Positions 1-12,391 of a DNA stretch of 64,000 nt are shown here, in pieces. Under the pieces are notes generated by a model. It searched no databases. It was not told the DNA's origin and saw only the letters and a list, made by a program, of their open reading frames with translations. Where the stretch lies: the NCBI GenBank assembly GCA_951406725.2, contig OX597839.1:32488001-32552000 (forward strand), in the 5' to 3' direction. How positions within the stretch are numbered: the first letter of the stretch is position 1; every line of letters begins with the position of its first letter. The position numbers and the translations under genes were made by a program. The stretch is from Octopus vulgaris (lineage: Eukaryota).

Positions 1-36
1 CTGATGAAGGCTGGAGGGTATATCAGCCGAAACGTT
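1..36 (+). ncRNA. Minimal type I hammerhead ribozyme core (5' strand of stem I lies outside the window)
   Basis: CTGATGA-A-GGCTG-gagggtatat-CAGCC-GAAA-CGTT: conserved core, 5-bp stem II, palindromic ACGT stem III, GUU triplet. Confidence 0.6.
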
Positions 37-229
37 GTGTTAACAACAAACAAGATGAGGACAAATTTCCGTCAAATGTAAATTACGATTTACTTGTTTT
101 AAAAATCAATTTTTCCCATTGAAATTAACTAAAACATAATTAATCTGTTGCAGCCCCACCAAAACCACTCAAAAATAATATTTTATGGGTTTTAAAACAG
201 AAAAGGTGTAGTTACAAGTAAAATGACAA

Positions 230-682
230 TTAATAATAATAATGTTCGTCCTTCGGGTTCGAAGATGACCATTGACATTATTTGGTGGAATTGCTGCTAT
301 GAGACCGGAGGTGGCTGGTGAGGCCAATCCGGGCAAGAAATCCCCTCCCACAGGTGGGGCAGAAGTGGGTAGGGGCTGTGCTATTGGTGCAGGTGGGTCT
401 GGCTTTCCGCATCTGGCGTTTCTGTTCTGCTGACTGAATCCGTCTCTCCTCGGCTGTCCCTGCTCCTACGGTGATTGCGCTGCGCCAGGATGAGCGGTCG
501 GCAGCAAGTGTCTCCCAAGTCTCTGTGTCGATGGAGAAGTCCTTGAGAGAGACTTTGAGACTGTCCTTGAAGCCCTTCTTCTGCCCTCCGACTTTGCGTT
601 TGCCCTGGCTGAGTTCACCGTAGAAGAGCTGTTTTGGGATGCGAGTGTCGGACATGCGGGAGACGTGGCCTGCCCATCTCAA
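230..682 (-). mobile_element. RTE-type LINE, 5'-truncated 3' end (RT C-terminus, C2H2 finger, (TTA)n tail)
   Basis: ORF 278..682: RWAGHVSRMSDTRIPKQLFYGEL...TWETLAADRSSWR...CPTCGRGFLARIGLTSHLRSH; short 3' UTR ending in TTA repeats. Confidence 0.9.
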
Positions 683-1400
683 GTAAGAGAATGCAAAAGA
701 AAATATGTCAACTGGTTTTATTAACTGAATTACCTGAAAGATGGGACCATTTGTGAGCTCCTACTGTGAATGGCTGTATTCTATTGTCAATCAATTTTCA
801 TTAATTTAAACACCAGTGTTGTCTCCCCTTGCCTTGATTTAATCATTCAGATAATTACTTCTTCTCACTAGCCAACATTAAGCGGGTAATTACGATTAAT
901 TAAAATATTCTCGGTTCACTTCATTCAGTATATTAGCATATATACTTTATCATACGTAAAAAAAAAAAACGATCAGTGGATGTATGTGTGGATATCTTTG
1001 TGTGTGCATGTGAATGGGTGTATATGTATGTGTGGATATCTGTGTGTGTGCATGTGAATGGGTGTATATGTATGTGTGGATATCTGTGTGTGTGCATGTG
1101 AATGAGTGTATAAGTATGTGTGTGTAAGAATGAGTAAATATTCAAAATAATTACTCGTAAAGATGTTATTATTATTATTATCTGTGGCAAATCTAAATAA
1201 TTGGTGATAACAATAACATTAGTGGCAGCAAGCGATGTTAGCAGTAAATAGCTATGCAATAAACTCTTAATTATAATCGAGAGTACACGAATTAACCACT
1301 ACTCTCACTGAAAATATGTAACGGACCAACAGAAATTGCGCAAACGAGTGGAATTTAGCTGAGATAATGTTAAAGCTGGTGCTTCGTGTATCCTCTAATA

Positions 1401-1775
1401 TCTTTATATATAAAAGAGAAGTTGTGTGTCTGTCTCCTACGATTTAGATTCCTAACTACTCCCACATTTTGCGGTGCAGTTTAACCAAAACCGGGTATCT
1501 TACAGTCGTGATTCATATCGAGCCCTTCTGGGTACGATGAGTCTACGATTTTAAAAATAATTTACCATCATTTTTTCCATTTTAATGCATTTTTTTAATA
1601 TAAGGGAAGTAACTCTCTAAAAATGTCTACGATGAGTCAACGATTTTTAAAAAAATTTACCATCATTTTTTCCATTTTTAATGCATTTTTTTGCTATTTT
1701 TTGGCTATAACTCTCTAAAAATGCTTTATAGTTATTTCCCTTACAAACCCGAGCAACGCCGGGCGATACTGCTAG
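1401..1775 (+). mobile_element. Non-autonomous Helitron
   Basis: A|TC 5' end, subterminal hairpin CCCGAGCAACGCCGGG, CTAG|T 3' end; homologous copy at 39262..39778. Confidence 0.8.
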
Positions 1776-2069
1776 TAATTAATAATTTAGTGTATATATA
1801 TATATATATATAGATCTTTATTTGTGAATTAAAGCTACCATCGGTTTCATATTAAGAGTGGGGAAAATTCCAAGTGTCTTAACAATTTTTCAAGCCGATC
1901 ACGTGGAGAAAGGTGTTCGCCTCCATTTTGGAAAACAATCTCCATGAACAAGGAAGATACTTGGATTTCCCCGACTCTTCTTAACATGAAACCAATGTTA
2001 TACGCGCCTCCAGTCTGGGAATCGAACGCATGATCTCGCGGCGTGCAACACCATGACTACTACGTACAT

Positions 2070-2223
2070 TATATATGTATATATATATATGTATATATGC
2101 ATACGTATTAATGTGTGTGTATGTATATATATGCATACGTATTAATGTGTGTGTATGTATATATATGCATACGTATTTATGTGTGTATATATATATATAT
2201 ATATATGCATACGTATTAATGTG

Positions 2224-2312
<89 letters not shown>

Positions 2313-2370
2313 TACGTATTAATGTGTATGTATATATATATATATATATATGATACGTATTATATGTATG

Positions 2371-2408
<38 letters not shown>

Positions 2409-2494
2409 GCATACGTATTAATGTGTGTATATATATATATATATATGCATACGTATTAATGTTTGTATATATATATATTATACGTATATGTATG

Positions 2495-2551
<57 letters not shown>

Positions 2552-2602
2552 GTATTAATGTTTGTGTATGTATGTATGTATATATATATATGTGTGTGTG
2601 TG

Positions 2603-2639
<37 letters not shown>

Positions 2640-2640
2640 C
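2070..2640. repeat. (TA)n-based compound minisatellite with recurring GCATACGTATTAATGTG unit
   Basis: Directly visible repeat. Confidence 0.9.
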
Positions 2641-3650
2641 ATTTAATCATATATGCGTAAACATTTTATGTTCTGATTCCACATATTGCTTGGTGTTCAT
2701 TATGGTGTGAGAAATGAATTAACAAATTTTAAAAGTATGCGACCACCCCCTCGCATCGTCCCTGCCCCCCCCCCCCTCCACTGATTCTGCGTTTTGAATA
2801 CTGAAAATTTAAGGAACTGTAAATTTTTTTTAATGCTATTAACTTTGTATTGGTTAAATATTACCTATATAAACTGTTTATAAATGATATGCGACCCCAC
2901 CACAAAACAAAAAAAAAAAACAGTTATTGGAATCTTTATTTATATATTTTGTATTCATTTTTTTTATATAAAACAAAGCTTATATTAAGAAAATCACTTT
3001 CAATGTCAAAAAAATGTAAATTCTTAATGACTATTATGATATGCAAGAAAAAAAAATTATTTACAAACCTCAAACGAAATATATGAACAGTGAAAACCAT
3101 AAAATAAGCATTAATAGTATTTACTATCTAATTAAATGACCATTGTGTTTTCAAAGTGAGGTAAATTTTGTCGTGATTTCTGTATATTTAATATGAATTT
3201 GTACCAATTTTCGTAGCCTGTTCTGATATCAGAAGCTTTTGTCACTAAATTGACAGCATGTTCGACTCCTTGGCTACGACAGGGAAGAGGCATTGCTATA
3301 AATGGTCCTGAACGAGTTTTAAGAAGATCAAGATTTGTAAAGTTCCGTAAAACTGGAGGGGGGGGGTTGTTGTTGTTATAACTTCATTTTCCCAGTCAAT
3401 CAAATCATAATTTTTGTGCTTTAAAATTAATTTTGCTTGGCAGTTTGAAATTTCTTAATTCTTCCAGGACCATTCGGGGAAAAGTTCTTGCTTTTTAATA
3501 CTTCACTGAATTGCTGCTTCCCAAAACTAGTCTTCTTTCATCATTCAACAGAGTCAGTAAAATAGTCTCCGGATGGGTGGGGTGGGGTGGGGTGGGGTGG
3601 GGAAAATACGAATTAGTTTTTAACGATTTCTCCATAACTTCTTTATGATC

Positions 3651-4060
3651 TTACTCTTTTTTTCACTCTTTTACTTGTTTCAGTCAGTTGACTGCGGCCA
3701 TGCTGGAGCACCGCCTTTAGTCGAGCAAATCGACCCCGGGACTTATTCTTTGTAAGCCCAGTACTTATTCTATCGGTCTCTTTTGCCGAACCGCTAAGCG
3801 ACGGGGACGTAAACACACCAGCATCGGTTGTCAAGCAATGCTAGGGGGACAAACACAGACACACAAACACACACACAAACATATATATACATACATATAT
3901 ACGACGGGCTTCTTTCAGTTTCCGTCTACCAAATCCACTCACAAGGCTTTGGTCGGCCCGATGCTATAAGTAGAAGACACTTGCCCAAGATGCCACGCAG
4001 TGAGACTAAACCCGGAACCATGTGGTTGGTAAGCAAGCTACTTACCACACAGCCACTCCT
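3651..4060 (-). mobile_element. SINE family A (tRNA-like head, CORE-like CTTGGGCAAGT, internal (TA)n(TG)n, AAAGAGT tail)
   Basis: Near-identical to many other copies in the window. Confidence 0.9.
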
Positions 4061-4182
4061 TCGTTCAGATCTTGCATTAGATGCGCCATATACCAAAAAT
4101 GGTTTGCTCATTCATGTAACTCTGGGTGAGATTTAATCCAGAACCATCTTGGAGCATAAACTTGCGTTTTGATTTTAACAAG

Positions 4183-4592
4183 AGGAGTGGCTGTGTGGTA
4201 AGTAGCTTGCTAACCAACCACATGGTTCCGGGTTCAGTCCCACAGCGTGGCATCTTGGGCAAGTGTCTTCTGCTATAGCCCCGGGCCGACCAAAGCCTTG
4301 TGAGTGGATTTGGTAGACGGAAAATGAAAGAAGCCTGTCGTATATATGTATATGTATATATATGTATGTGTGTGTGTTTGTGTGTCTGTATCTGTCCACC
4401 TAGCATTGCTTGACAACCGATGCTGGTGTGTTACTTAGATGTCCCCGTTACTTAGCGGTTCGGCAAAAGAGACCGATAGAATAAGTACTGCGCTTACAAA
4501 AGAATAAGTCGCGGGGTCGAGTTGCTCGATTAAAGGCGGTGCTCCAGCATGGCCGCAGTCAAATGACTGAAACAAGTAAAAGAGTAAAGAGT
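4183..4592 (+). mobile_element. SINE family A
   Basis: Full-length copy, inverted relative to 3651..4060. Confidence 0.9.
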
Positions 4593-4857
4593 ATTCTTTT
4601 GGGGATTTTTTCTCCCCGAAACCTATAAGCGAAAGATTCTGTTTGCTCGTGTTAACCACCTGACATGACAGATTTTACCAAGATGGATCTTGCTGCTAAC
4701 TGCTCAGAAACAAACCCTTTCTCAATACCGAGGCACATTTCTTACAGATATTTATGATCTGAGCTTAAAGAATCAACAACTTCTAATGGCAATTCCTACC
4801 TCACTTCAGTTTTTACTGGAAAAAAATGTGATTATCTTTAAGCTTGTTACGTCTTTA

Positions 4858-5237
4858 AGGAGGCGCAATGGCCCAGTGGTTAGGGCAGCGGACTCGCGGT
4901 CGTAGGATCACGGTTTCGATTCCCAGACCGGGCGTTGTGAGTGTTTATTGAGCGAAAACACCTAAAGATCCACGAGGCTCCGGCAGGGATGGTGGTGATC
5001 CCTGCTGTACTCTTTCACCACAACTTTCTCTCACTCTTACTTCCTGTTTCTGTTGTACCTGTATTTCAAAGGGCCAGCCTTGTCACTCTCTGTGTCACGC
5101 TGAATCTCCTCGAGAACTACGTTAAGGGTACACGTGTCTGTGGAATGCTCAGCCACTAGCACGTTAATTCCACGAGCAAGCTGTTCCGTTGATCGTATCA
5201 GCTGGGACCCTCATCGTCGTAACCGACGGAGTGCTCC
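4858..5237 (+). mobile_element. SINE family B (tRNA-derived, about 380 bp)
   Basis: A box TGGCCCAGTGG, B box GTTTCGATTCC; flanking direct repeat TGTTACGTCTTTA (TSD). Confidence 0.9.
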
Positions 5238-5857
5238 TATACTATGTTACGTCTTTAATTGTATTGCCAATCAAGCCTTTTGGTGTTCGTGGTCCTGTTG
5301 TTTTCCCATCTATGGTTTCAAATACGTGTTGAAACGGAAGCTCATTTGTATGTAGCAGGCACATCAGCCACTGAAGTAGTTTATAATTCAATTATCTTAA
5401 TTACCCCTCTTTAATGACCAATGTTTATTAGAGTGCCATCGCATAATACAGCCTTTGAACTTTCTTGACGGTCAGAATCAATTAAAAAAAGTAATAATTT
5501 CTTCTGCAATGCAACGAGCTGTTTCCTTATCCGTGCAAACGTGATCCAAATACTCATCACCAGGCTCTTTCACGACCACGTAGAGCTCTTCACTTTCCAT
5601 TCCTCTTGCTCTTTTAGTTTCATGCTTTCTGTTATCAAAACCTAAGCAGTTGAGCTTTGTATTTTCTGTTTTCATTTTTATTACATCGTTTGTCTTTTTT
5701 TTCTCGGCTATTTTTCTTCTCTTTCAACTTTTTTTCTTATCTACCATATTCGTATCATTTAAAATTCCCACATCCCTCAAAGCTGCATCATCAATGGCAG
5801 CAGCAGCAGTTTTGCAACTTACCCGATGTCTGTCTGCTGTGACTGCTAGACTCTCGT

Positions 5858-5905
5858 AAGCCTTGTGAGTGGATTTGGTAGATGGAAACTGAAAGAAGCC
5901 CGTCG

Positions 5906-5946
<41 letters not shown>

Positions 5947-6131
5947 CTGAGCTTGTCCTCCCACCATCGCTTGACGACCGATGTTGGTGTGATCACGTCC
6001 CCGTCACTTAGTGGTTCGGCAAAAGGGTCCGATAGAATAAGTACTAGGCTTACAAAGAATAAGTCCTGGATTCGATTTGCTCAATTAAAAGTAGCGCTCC
6101 AGGATGACCGCAGTCAAATGACTGAAACAAA
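5858..6131 (+). mobile_element. SINE family A, 5'-truncated
   Basis: Homology to 3' two-thirds of family A. Confidence 0.85.
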
Positions 6132-6139
6132 TATCTTGG

Positions 6140-6175
<36 letters not shown>

Positions 6176-6187
6176 TCTTCGTATATA

Positions 6188-6242
<55 letters not shown>

Positions 6243-6253
6243 CTTCGTATATA

Positions 6254-6299
<46 letters not shown>

Positions 6300-6309
6300 T
6301 TCGTATATA

Positions 6310-6354
<45 letters not shown>

Positions 6355-6368
6355 CATCTTCGTATATA

Positions 6369-6404
<36 letters not shown>

Positions 6405-6586
6405 GGGGGAGAGTTCACGAAAAAAACAAGACGAAGACAGGTGGTATACAAAACAAACAGATGTATTAGTATAACGCTCAGGAATAGAAAAAGTCTTTTA
6501 TGTTTCGAGCCTACGCTCTTCTACAGAAAGGGACACAGAAAAAAACAAGGAGAGAAAAAAATGTGTGTAGTGGCTAACGATCTATC
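6405..6586 (-). mobile_element. Short (TA)n-abutting element, family Y, with variant hammerhead core (Penelope-like terminal fragment)
   Basis: Minus strand CTGTAGA-A-GAGC-GTAG-GCTC-GAAA-CATA at 6499..6526; ends CCCCC|TATA; copy at 50730..50908, truncated copy near 17777..17835. Confidence 0.6.
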
Positions 6587-7032
6587 ATTTTTTGTGTATG
6601 TGTGGGTGTGTATATATATATATATCCACCTTAACATGGATGTATTGTCAGCGTGCTGAATACTGTGTTGTTTATCTTGAGACACCTTCGATCGCTAGTA
6701 ATTGTGTGTGTGCGTAGGTGTGTGTAATTCCCTGGTTGTTGTCGTGGATAATGGAGGCGAGCTAAGTCGTTTTACGCCAATCATAGTGGTTCGTTAACAG
6801 AAATCGTTAAAATAATTGTTAGACAGAGATAAGTTCTGTGGTCGATACCATCGAATAAAGAGGCTGCAGGTGGTGCTACAGCATGGTCGCAATGCATCGA
6901 TTGACACCGATAAAAGTTTGTAAGAATAAAATGTTTTATACACACGTCTGTGTGTGCGTACGTGTGTGTATATATACACACACACATTTATATATATATA
7001 CACACACGTATACGCGCACACTTGTATTCACG

Positions 7033-7071
<39 letters not shown>

Positions 7072-7365
7072 CATACATATATATATACATACATTCAGAC
7101 ACGCTCGGCATACAAACACACACACATACGTGTGTACATATTGCACGTAATATATATAACACGCAGAGAGAGAGGGGGGGGGGGTGATAGAAAGAGGGGG
7201 AGAGAGATGGGGTGATAGAGAGAGAGGGAGATAGAGAGAATGAGAGAGATCGAAATAAAGGGAAGACGTTGAACGAGAGAGAGAGAGGAAGAAAGAAAAG
7301 AATGAATGATAGAGTAATGTCGAGACGGAAAGAAAGAAAAGAAAAGCGGTGTGTGTGTATGTGTG

Positions 7366-7399
<34 letters not shown>

Positions 7400-7412
7400 T
7401 ATATATACACAA

Positions 7413-7459
<47 letters not shown>

Positions 7460-7520
7460 CACAAATAGATACACACACATATATATATATATACATACAA
7501 ATACACACATATATATACAA

Positions 7521-7625
<105 letters not shown>

Positions 7626-7672
7626 GAAACACGCACACAGCTGTTTCACTATTCATTTCTCTCTAAAATATA

Positions 7673-7708
<36 letters not shown>

Positions 7709-8171
7709 GCAGCTAGAAAAGGAGAGAAAGGGGAAAAGGACGGATCGAGTTGGGAGATTAGTCTTGACATTTTGGTCGCCGTGTGCAGTACAAGGTACCG
7801 AGTACTTTTACCGTATTGATTTTTTCCCCCAAAGTCTTCAAGCTGCACGAACTGCGACTACTAAAGCCGAGGCAGCGTTTGGCCTTCCTCCAAACCTACA
7901 CAGACACCGGACTCAATATTGGCGCCAAGTTCATGTCAGAATATGGCCGTCGTTATTGTTCGGCAGATGTGGACGCACTGACCGCTAACGGACACCACTG
8001 TGCGCGCACACACCTACACACATACATACACACACACACACACACGCATATATATACATACGTATAAATACATGTACCTGTATGTATGTCCAGAAGTGTA
8101 TATTTAACTCATACATCACTCTCTCTCTCTCTCTCTCTCTCTCTGAATATATATATATATATACATATATG

Positions 8172-8715
8172 CGACGGGCTTCTTTCAGTTTCCGTTTATG
8201 AAATCCACTCATAAATGGCGGTGCCCCAGCATGGCCACAGCTTGTGAGCTGAAACTAAATAAAATAAAATAAAATAAAATAAAATAATAAGGATTCGGTC
8301 GGTCCGAGGCTATAGTATAAAACACTTTCCCATGGTGCCACGCAGTGGAACTGAACCCGGAACCATGCAGTTGGTAAGCAAGCTTACCATGCCTGTGCCT
8401 ATAAATATATATAATATAGGCGCAGGAGTGGCTGTGTGGTAAGAAGTTTGTTTTCCAACCACATGGTTCCGGGTTCGGTCCCACTACGTGGCACTTTGGC
8501 CAAGTGTCTTCTATGTTCTCGGGCCTTGCGAGTGGATTTGGTAGACGGAAACTGAAAGAACACCGTCGTATATACGTATATATGAGTGTGTCTGTCTTTA
8601 TCTCCCCTTAGCGGTTCGGTAGAAGATACCGATAAAACAAGTACTGAGGTCGATTCGTTCAGGTAAATTTCTTCAAGTCGTTGCCCCAAAATGGCCGCCG
8701 TCTACTGAGTGAAAC
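8172..8715. mobile_element. Two partial SINE A copies, head-to-head (- then +)
   Basis: Homology to family A. Confidence 0.75.
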
Positions 8716-9064
8716 GCGTCGGAGATAAACATTGGTTTCTCGTGTCTAATTTCTCTGTTGCATCATTCAATAAACTATTTACATGGCGATGCATTTTAAT
8801 TTGCATCTTCGACAATATACCTTTATTTGTGAATAATCTCTGAAAAATATTCTCTGGTTGTGCACTTTGGTTCGTGTATGATGGCATTTATATACAATTA
8901 TAGGCGTAGGAGTGGCTGTGTGGTAAGTCGCTTGCTTACGAACCACATGGTTCCGGGTTCAGTCCCACTGCGTGACACCTTGGGCAAGTGTCTTCTACAA
9001 TAGCCTCGGGCCGACCAAGGCCTTGTGAGTGGATTTCGTAAACAGAAACTGAAAGAAGCCCATC

Positions 9065-9112
<48 letters not shown>

Positions 9113-9166
9113 GAAATATGTTACAAAAAGAAAATATAAAATACACGTGGAAATGTAAGGGGAAAA

Positions 9167-9491
9167 TAAGAAAAATCAACGAAAATGCGCATTGTAGATA
9201 AAAAAGAAAAGGCTTTTTATGAAAGGTAACGACAGATATATACATTTAGATGGACTGAGGTAGTAATAAGAGTCATAATTATGAGGTGATTAAAATGTCA
9301 GAAGGCAAAGCATACCATGGTTTCGTCATAATGAAACCAAGGTGTGCTTTGCCTTCTGACATTTTAATCACCTCATAATTATGACTCTTATTACTACCCC
9401 AGTCCATCTAATTGTATATATCTGTCGTTACCTTTCATAAAAAGCCTTTTCTTTTTTTATCTACAATGCGCATTTTCGTTGATTTTTCTTA
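9167..9491. repeat. Near-perfect inverted repeat (about 160-bp arms, 4-nt loop)
   Basis: TAAGAAAAATCAACGAAAATGCGC...TGGTTTCGT-cata-ATGAAACCA...GCGCATTTTCGTTGATTTTTCTTA with only a few mismatches. Confidence 0.95.
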
Positions 9492-9498
9492 CCCCCCC

Positions 9499-9542
<44 letters not shown>

Positions 9543-9566
9543 CTTTTCCATTGCACTTTTTATAAT

Positions 9567-9611
9567 ATTTTTGATAAGGTTCGTTTTTTCAAGAACCGAA
9601 ACATGTAAAAT
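9567..9611 (+). ncRNA. Minimal type I hammerhead ribozyme candidate with U3-A8 core
   Basis: ATTT-TTGATAA-GGTTC-gttttttcaa-GAACC-GAAA-CATGT-A-AAAT: 4-bp stem I, 5-bp stem II, palindromic ACATGT stem III, GUA triplet. Confidence 0.55.
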
Positions 9612-10372
9612 TCATAAGAAAATTAAAATTTATCTAATATAATGGCGTTTTCAAACTTCTTTTTCACAAATATATACCCACTCGTATACGATCTACTCTT
9701 ATTATAAATATATATATATATATACACATACATGTGTACATATATATATATATATATATAATGTGTGTGTGTTTGTGTATACGTTTGTGTCTGTGATCGT
9801 CCCCCTCAACATCGCTTGACAACAGATTCTGGTGTGTTTACGTCCCCGTAACTTAGCGGTTCAGCAAAAAGAGACCGATAGAATAAGTACTAGGCTTACA
9901 AAGAATAAGTCCTGGGGTCGATTTGCTCGACTAAAGGCGGTGCTCCAGCATGGCCACAGCCAAAATGACTAACAAGTAAGAGTAAAAGAGTAATTCCAAA
10001 TTTATTTCGTACTTAAGAGGGTTGTTTCTTCTTATTATTCACTTTTAATCTGCATGTTTGTTACAATCACTCGCCGAGATGCTCCCAGCGTCCTAGGGCG
10101 AGTGAAGGATAAGAAATGTTACAGTATGGCTGAAAGCTTGGGGAGGGCAAGTAGCAGGGCCAGTAGCGAAATTATTATTACTCAGTAGTCTTATTTTTGG
10201 CACGTGCTTTCACTGAACTTCCGAGCGCTGCTCTGTGTGCCTTGGCTATGTGTTATGGTTTGTTGTGGTGCTCTTATTTTCACGGTATTGAAAGTGTTTT
10301 ACGTAAGATGTGTGCAGTGCCTAGTAATGCTATTTTCTGTAAGCTGTATATATATATATACTGTATATATAT

Positions 10373-10765
10373 AGGCGCAAGAGTGGCTGTGTGGGAAGTA
10401 GCTTGCTAACCAACCACATGGTTCCGGGTTCATCTTGGGCAAGTGTCTTCTGCTATAGCCCCGGGCTGACCAAAGCCTTGTGAGTGGATTTGGTAGACGG
10501 AAACTGAAAGAAGCCTGTCGTATATATGTATATATATATATATATATATGTGTGTATATGTTTGTGTGTCTGTGTTTGTCCCCCTAGTATTGTTTGATAA
10601 CCGATGCTGGTGTGTTTACGTCCCCGTCACTTAGCGATTCGGCAAAAAGAGACCGGTAGAATAAGTACTGGGCTTACAAAGAATAAGTCCCGGGGTTGAT
10701 TTGCTCGACTAAAGGCGGTGCTCCAGCATGGCCGCAGTCAAATGACTGAAACAAGTAAAAGAAAA
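10373..10765 (+). mobile_element. SINE family A
   Basis: Near full-length copy. Confidence 0.9.
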
Positions 10766-11557
10766 AAAAGAAAAAAAATACTTGTAAATCCTGGTGTTTT
10801 TGTTACGTATTATTATAGACATCGCACAGTGTCCAATATCGTGAGGTTGTTGATTGAAGATATTGTGTCCTCCTGGGGTTTGCACTGTTTGTCAAGTCAC
10901 AACAAGGACCTCAGACAGACACTACTTTACGCAATGTGCATGTAGTTCCATGTAATGCCAACTTTTGCAATACAATCTAGATTGTGGGGTATTTCTAAGG
11001 TTTCCAGATGTTTTTTTCTTCAGCTTGGGTGGTATTGAACCCAGTGCTCCAATGACAACAGGGATAACCTTTACGTCTGACTCTCGTAGCTGCCACATCT
11101 TAGCAATCTCAGGTCTCCATATTTATCAACTTTTTCTCTTTCTTTCCTGATGATATGTTGATCTCCAGACACTGCCACATCAATTATTAGGCCCTCTTGT
11201 TTGTCCCTCTTAAAGGTTACTATATCCGAACTTCGGCGTTCTAATACCTTGTCTGTATTATTATTATTATTATTATTATTTCCAGCCCACTTCTCAGAGC
11301 TCTCGGTTTCACTTGCTCTGGCTAATTCTGTAAAGAGCAGGCAACCACCTGTTGTCAAGGTCTCCCAAGGTCCCTTTCCACAATACTTAACTCCCAAGTA
11401 CCAATCTCAAAATCCTTGATGTCCCCAGTAAAGCAGTTTTCTAAGCATTTTCTACTTTCTTGTCAACCCCAATTTCTCTAACAAATTCCACAAACCTGGT
11501 TGTTAATGCCCCTGCAACTACTGGCATGACACTTATTTTCTTCACTGCCCACTTTTA

Positions 11558-11616
<59 letters not shown>

Positions 11617-11972
11617 CAATCAACAGATGAGACTGTTGGAAAAGAAAAAATCCTAACATCGGGCTGCAACAAGTGACCTTAGATGCCAAGAGCCCTGCTT
11701 TTGAGCTACAACAGATAACCTTAGCTGCCAAGAACCCTCCTATGTATCCTAACTGTCCCTTATAAGACTGTTTTCTGGAGCTGTACTAAACTGGGTTTTA
11801 TGCTTATTTCGTCCATCCATCCGTTCAAATCTTTAGGGATAACTCCCAATGCACCTATAACTACTGGGATACCTTTTTTTCCCCCACTTTTTATAGTCTC
11901 TGTAATTCAATGGCTAGGTCTTGGTACTTTGTTATTTTTTCTATATCTCTCATACTCTCTCTCTCTCTCTCT

Positions 11973-12169
11973 CTCTTTTTACTCTTTTACTTGTTTCAGT
12001 CATTTGACTGCGGCCATGCTGGAGCACCGCCTTCAATCGAGCAACTCGACCCCGGGACTTATTCTTTTGTAAGCCCAGTACTTAGTCTATCGGTCTCTTT
12101 TGCCGAACCGCTAAGTAACGGGGACATAAACACACCAGCATCGGTTGTCAAGCAATGCTAGAGGGACAA

Positions 12170-12218
<49 letters not shown>

Positions 12219-12391
12219 CATATATATATGACGGGCTTCTTTCAGTTTCCGTCTACCAAATCCACTCACAAGGCTTTGGTCGGCCCGAGGCTATAGTAGA
12301 AGACACTTGCCCAAGGTGCCACGCAGTGGGACTGAACCCGGAACCATGTGGTTGGTAAGCAAGCTACTTACCACACAGCCACTCCTGCGCC
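11973..12391 (-). mobile_element. SINE family A
   Basis: Full-length copy inserted in LINE remnant. Confidence 0.9.

Larger units (their letters stand above)
3140..5857 (-). mobile_element. Decayed DDE DNA transposase (hAT-related, subgroup uncertain), interrupted by three SINEs
   Basis: Frameshifted minus-strand motifs in order: LAVTADRHRVSCKTAAAA, FDNRK..EELYVVVKEPG, LQWLMCLLHTNELPFQHVF..DGKTTGP, GKICHVRWLTRANRIFRL, YAPRWFWIK, PCRSQGVEHAVNLVTKAS. Confidence 0.7.
8901..9992 (+). mobile_element. SINE A split at its internal (TA)n by about 700 bp of inserted sequence
   Basis: 5' half 8901..9066, 3' half about 9770..9992. Confidence 0.8.

Noticed and set aside
3643-4659. Recurring ORFs such as [22 protein letters not shown] and RRHLPKMPRSGTEPGTMWLVSK
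   Set aside because: Chance reading frames of SINE A copies, not a gene family
4858-4935. tRNA gene at SINE B heads
   Set aside because: A/B boxes continue into a SINE body with TSDs; no proper acceptor stem or terminator
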